Positions 61,740 to 64,000 of a stretch of DNA of 64,000 nucleotides are shown in pieces. Made by a program: the position numbers and the translations under genes. How positions within the stretch are numbered: position 1 is the first letter of the stretch; the number at the start of each line of letters is the position of its first letter. This stretch comes from Pirellulales bacterium (GTDB lineage: Bacteria; Planctomycetota; Planctomycetia; Pirellulales; JAICIG01): contig JBBDYJ010000020.1 in the NCBI GenBank assembly GCA_040901675.1, positions 64,001-128,000 of the forward strand, in the 5' to 3' direction. Under the pieces are notes generated by a model. The model did no database searches. It worked only from the letters and a program-made list of their open reading frames with translations, and was not told the origin of the DNA.

Positions 61740-63140
61740 GTGAAGAAGCCGACAGCAGCCGCCGTAACGTGTGCGATCGCCAACGCAGCCGGGTTCCTGG
61801 GCGACAACCTCGATGCACCGCGGCGGCTGGTGGAGTCGGCGAGGGTCGACTATCTGACCCTCGAGTACCTGGCCGAGCTGACGCTTTCGATCCTGGCACG
61901 CTTGCGGGAAAAGGATCCCAATGCCGGCTATGCCAACGACTTTCTCGATGTGCTGGCGAGCCTTGTCCCGGCACTGCGGTCGCAGCCCCAACTGAAGATC
62001 GTCACCAACGCTGGCGGCATGAACCCGCTGGCCTGCGCCCGCGCCGCGGCGGCCTTGCTGAACGACGCGGGGCTGGGCGATCTGGTGATCGGCGTAGTCA
62101 CGGGCGACGACCTCTTGGACCGCCTGCCCGCGCTGGAGGCCGGCGGCTGGCCGTTTGAGAACCTCGACACCAGGCAGCCGCTCGGCGACCTGGGCAGGGA
62201 AGTGGTCAGCGCCAACGCGTACCTGGGCGGGCGGCCGATCGCCGAGGCGCTCGACCGGGGAGCAAGGCTGGTGCTGACCGGCCGGGTGGCCGACGCTTCG
62301 CTGACCGTTGGCCCGGCGGTCCACGCGTTTGGCTGGAAGTGGGACGACTGGCGGCGGCTGGCGGGGGCGAGCGTGGCCGGGCACTTGATCGAGTGCGGGG
62401 CCCAGGTGACCGGCGGATTTTATCCGCATTGGCAGGGGCTCGACCTGGCGCGCGTCGGATATCCGATCGCGGAACTGGCGGCGGATGGCAATTGCGTGAT
62501 CACCAAGCCGGCGGGCACGGGGGGCGCCGTCAACCGAGAGACCGTGGCCGAGCAGCTCGTGTACGAGATCGGCGATCCATCGCACTACCTGACGCCTGAC
62601 GTCGACGTCGACTTCACCACCATCGACATCGAACCGCTCACGGCCGATCGGGTGGCGGTGCGCGGCGCCACGGGCCGGCCGCCGCCGGCGACTTACAAGG
62701 CCTCGCTGGCCTACCGGGACGGCTATTTTGCCAGCGGCCAACTGCTAGTCTACGGAGATGATTGCGTGGCGAAGGCCAGGGCGGCCGGCGAGATGCTGCT
62801 GGCCCGCGTGCGTGAGGCCGGCTACGAGCTAGAGCGCTCGCTGGTGGAGTGCCTGGGCGCGGGAGGCGGCGTGCCCGGCGTCGATCGCTCGCCGGAGGGG
62901 CTGCGCGAAGTCGTGCTGCGGGTTACCGCCGCCGATCCGCGGCGGCAAGCCATCGAACGCTTTTCCAAGGAGTTTGCGCCCTTGGCCACCAGCGGTCCGG
63001 GCGGCCTGGCCGGCTATGCCAGCGGCCGGCCGCCGGTGCGCCCCGTGCTGGCCTACTGGCCCACCAGCGTGCCTAGAGATGCTGTGAGTCCGCAAGTCGA
63101 GGTCCGCACCGCGGCGGAGTGGGCGGCGAAAGAAGGATAA
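61740..63140 (+). CDS. AtuA-family (DUF1446) protein
   Basis: AGFLGD, LEYLAELT, NAGGMNP, SANAYLG, TGRVADA, GHLIECGAQVTGG and EQLVYEI; GTG start. Confidence 0.9.
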   Translation: MKKPTAAAVTCAIANAAGFLGDNLDAPRRLVESARVDYLTLEYLAELTLSILARLREKDPNAGYANDFLDVLASLVPALRSQPQLKIVTNAGGMNPLACARAAAALLNDAGLGDLVIGVVTGDDLLDRLPALEAGGWPFENLDTRQPLGDLGREVVSANAYLGGRPIAEALDRGARLVLTGRVADASLTVGPAVHAFGWKWDDWRRLAGASVAGHLIECGAQVTGGFYPHWQGLDLARVGYPIAELAADGNCVITKPAGTGGAVNRETVAEQLVYEIGDPSHYLTPDVDVDFTTIDIEPLTADRVAVRGATGRPPPATYKASLAYRDGYFASGQLLVYGDDCVAKARAAGEMLLARVREAGYELERSLVECLGAGGGVPGVDRSPEGLREVVLRVTAADPRRQAIERFSKEFAPLATSGPGGLAGYASGRPPVRPVLAYWPTSVPRDAVSPQVEVRTAAEWAAKEG

Positions 63141-63183
63141 CTTAGCACCCAATGAATTCCGTTCTACGGACGGGAACCGACGA

Positions 63184-63594
63184 ATGACTCAGACGATCAA
63201 GCTCAGCGCGATTGCTCACGCCCGCAGCGGCGACAAGGGGAACCATGCCAATATCGGCGTGATCGCCTACACGGCGGCAGGCTATGAGCACTTGCACGGC
63301 GTGCTCACGGCCGAGCGGGTGGCCAGGCACTTCGGCGGGCTGGCGGCAAGCCGGGTCGAGCGTTTCGAGCTGCCCCGCTTGTGGGCCTTCAACTTCCTGC
63401 TGTACGATGCGCTGGCTGGCGGCGCCAGCCGGTCGCTCAGGATCGACACGCAGGGCAAGCTGCTGGCGACCGCCGTGGGGGAGCTCCAACTGCCGGCGCC
63501 CGACAACCTGGCAGCGATGCTGAAGGCAGGAGAGGAAGGGGGGAGCGCGGGAAGGGGGGAAGGGGGGAACAGACGACGAGAGTCGTCTTCTTGA
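63184..63594 (+). CDS. AtuA-associated small protein; C-terminus encoded by repeats
   Basis: AHARSGDKG..ANIGVIA...ALAGG.SRSLRIDTQGK. Confidence 0.85.
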   Translation: MTQTIKLSAIAHARSGDKGNHANIGVIAYTAAGYEHLHGVLTAERVARHFGGLAASRVERFELPRLWAFNFLLYDALAGGASRSLRIDTQGKLLATAVGELQLPAPDNLAAMLKAGEEGGSAGRGEGGNRRRESSS

Positions 63595-63705
63595 CTTCTG
63601 ACTTCCGACCTCCGACCTCTGACTATGCTGCAAGTCCGCCGTAGGCGGAACCTCTGACTCCTAACTTCTGACCTCTGACCTCTGACCTCCGACCTCTGAC
63701 CTCTG
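63590..63705. repeat. Heptamer array (CCTCTGA) with embedded hairpin
   Basis: About 12 CYTCYGA units interrupted by GCTGCAAGTCCGCCGTAGGCGGAA, ending 8 nt before the next ATG. Confidence 0.9.
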
Positions 63706-63713
63706 TTCCTGCC

Positions 63714-64000
63714 ATGCCGCTCGTCCGCGTCAACATTCATCAGCACGCCGGCACGATCATCCTGAACCGTGCCGAGAAGCGCAATGCGCTCAACCGCGCG
63801 ATGCTCGCCGAGCTGGCCCAAGCGCTGGACGACCTGCGGCAGGAGCGGCGCGTGCGGGCCATCGTGCTGACCGGCGCGGGGAGCGCCTTCTGTGCCGGGA
63901 TGGACCTGGGAGAGATGCACGAGACGAGCAAGCAGGACAGCCCTCACGTCCAGTGGCACGAAGACGCCAGCAGCTATCGCGACCTGCTCGAAACGATGTG
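63714..64000 (+). CDS. Enoyl-CoA hydratase/isomerase family protein, 3' end outside the window
   Basis: MPLVRV...LNRAEKRNALN...RAIVLTGAGSAFCAGMDL. Confidence 0.92.
   Translation, partial: MPLVRVNIHQHAGTIILNRAEKRNALNRAMLAELAQALDDLRQERRVRAIVLTGAGSAFCAGMDLGEMHETSKQDSPHVQWHEDASSYRDLLETM

Overview
GC-rich bacterial chromosome segment, very likely from a planctomycete. This rests on PF07638/TIGR02999-type ECF sigma factors paired with Ser/Thr kinases, an 'LESLEQRVLLA' N-terminal motif, DUF1080 and a Tat-exported Gfo/Idh/MocA protein. Housekeeping genes include rpmB-gatCAB, hisN, dksA-like-lspA, thrC-dapB, thiC, metH, tRNA-Leu(UAA), leuA, a MacB-type ABC exporter, an RpoD-like sigma factor next to pcm, and the start of a liu/atu-like acyl-CoA carboxylase operon. 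Accessory parts are two ECF/kinase modules, a VapC-type toxin-antitoxin pair, a RoxA-like diheme cytochrome and a surface haloperoxidase-like protein. The most notable non-ORF signals are: (1) a four-helix-bundle (IVS/Avd-like) gene inside the gmhA-ROK operon, bracketed by inverted 7-bp tandem arrays, plus about ten orphan heptamer arrays that mostly follow the same strand polarity at gene boundaries; (2) a 37-bp candidate ECF promoter found three times with identical spacing, before two kinases and one secreted TolB-like gene; (3) a complete leucine leader-peptide attenuator upstream of leuA; (4) probable non-canonical start codons (ATT in thrC, CTG in the four-helix-bundle gene); (5) several REP-like palindrome families, some supplying stop codons or inserted in frame in proteins. 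No CRISPR array, integrase, transposase or reverse transcriptase is visible. Family assignments come from motif recognition by eye, not database searches.
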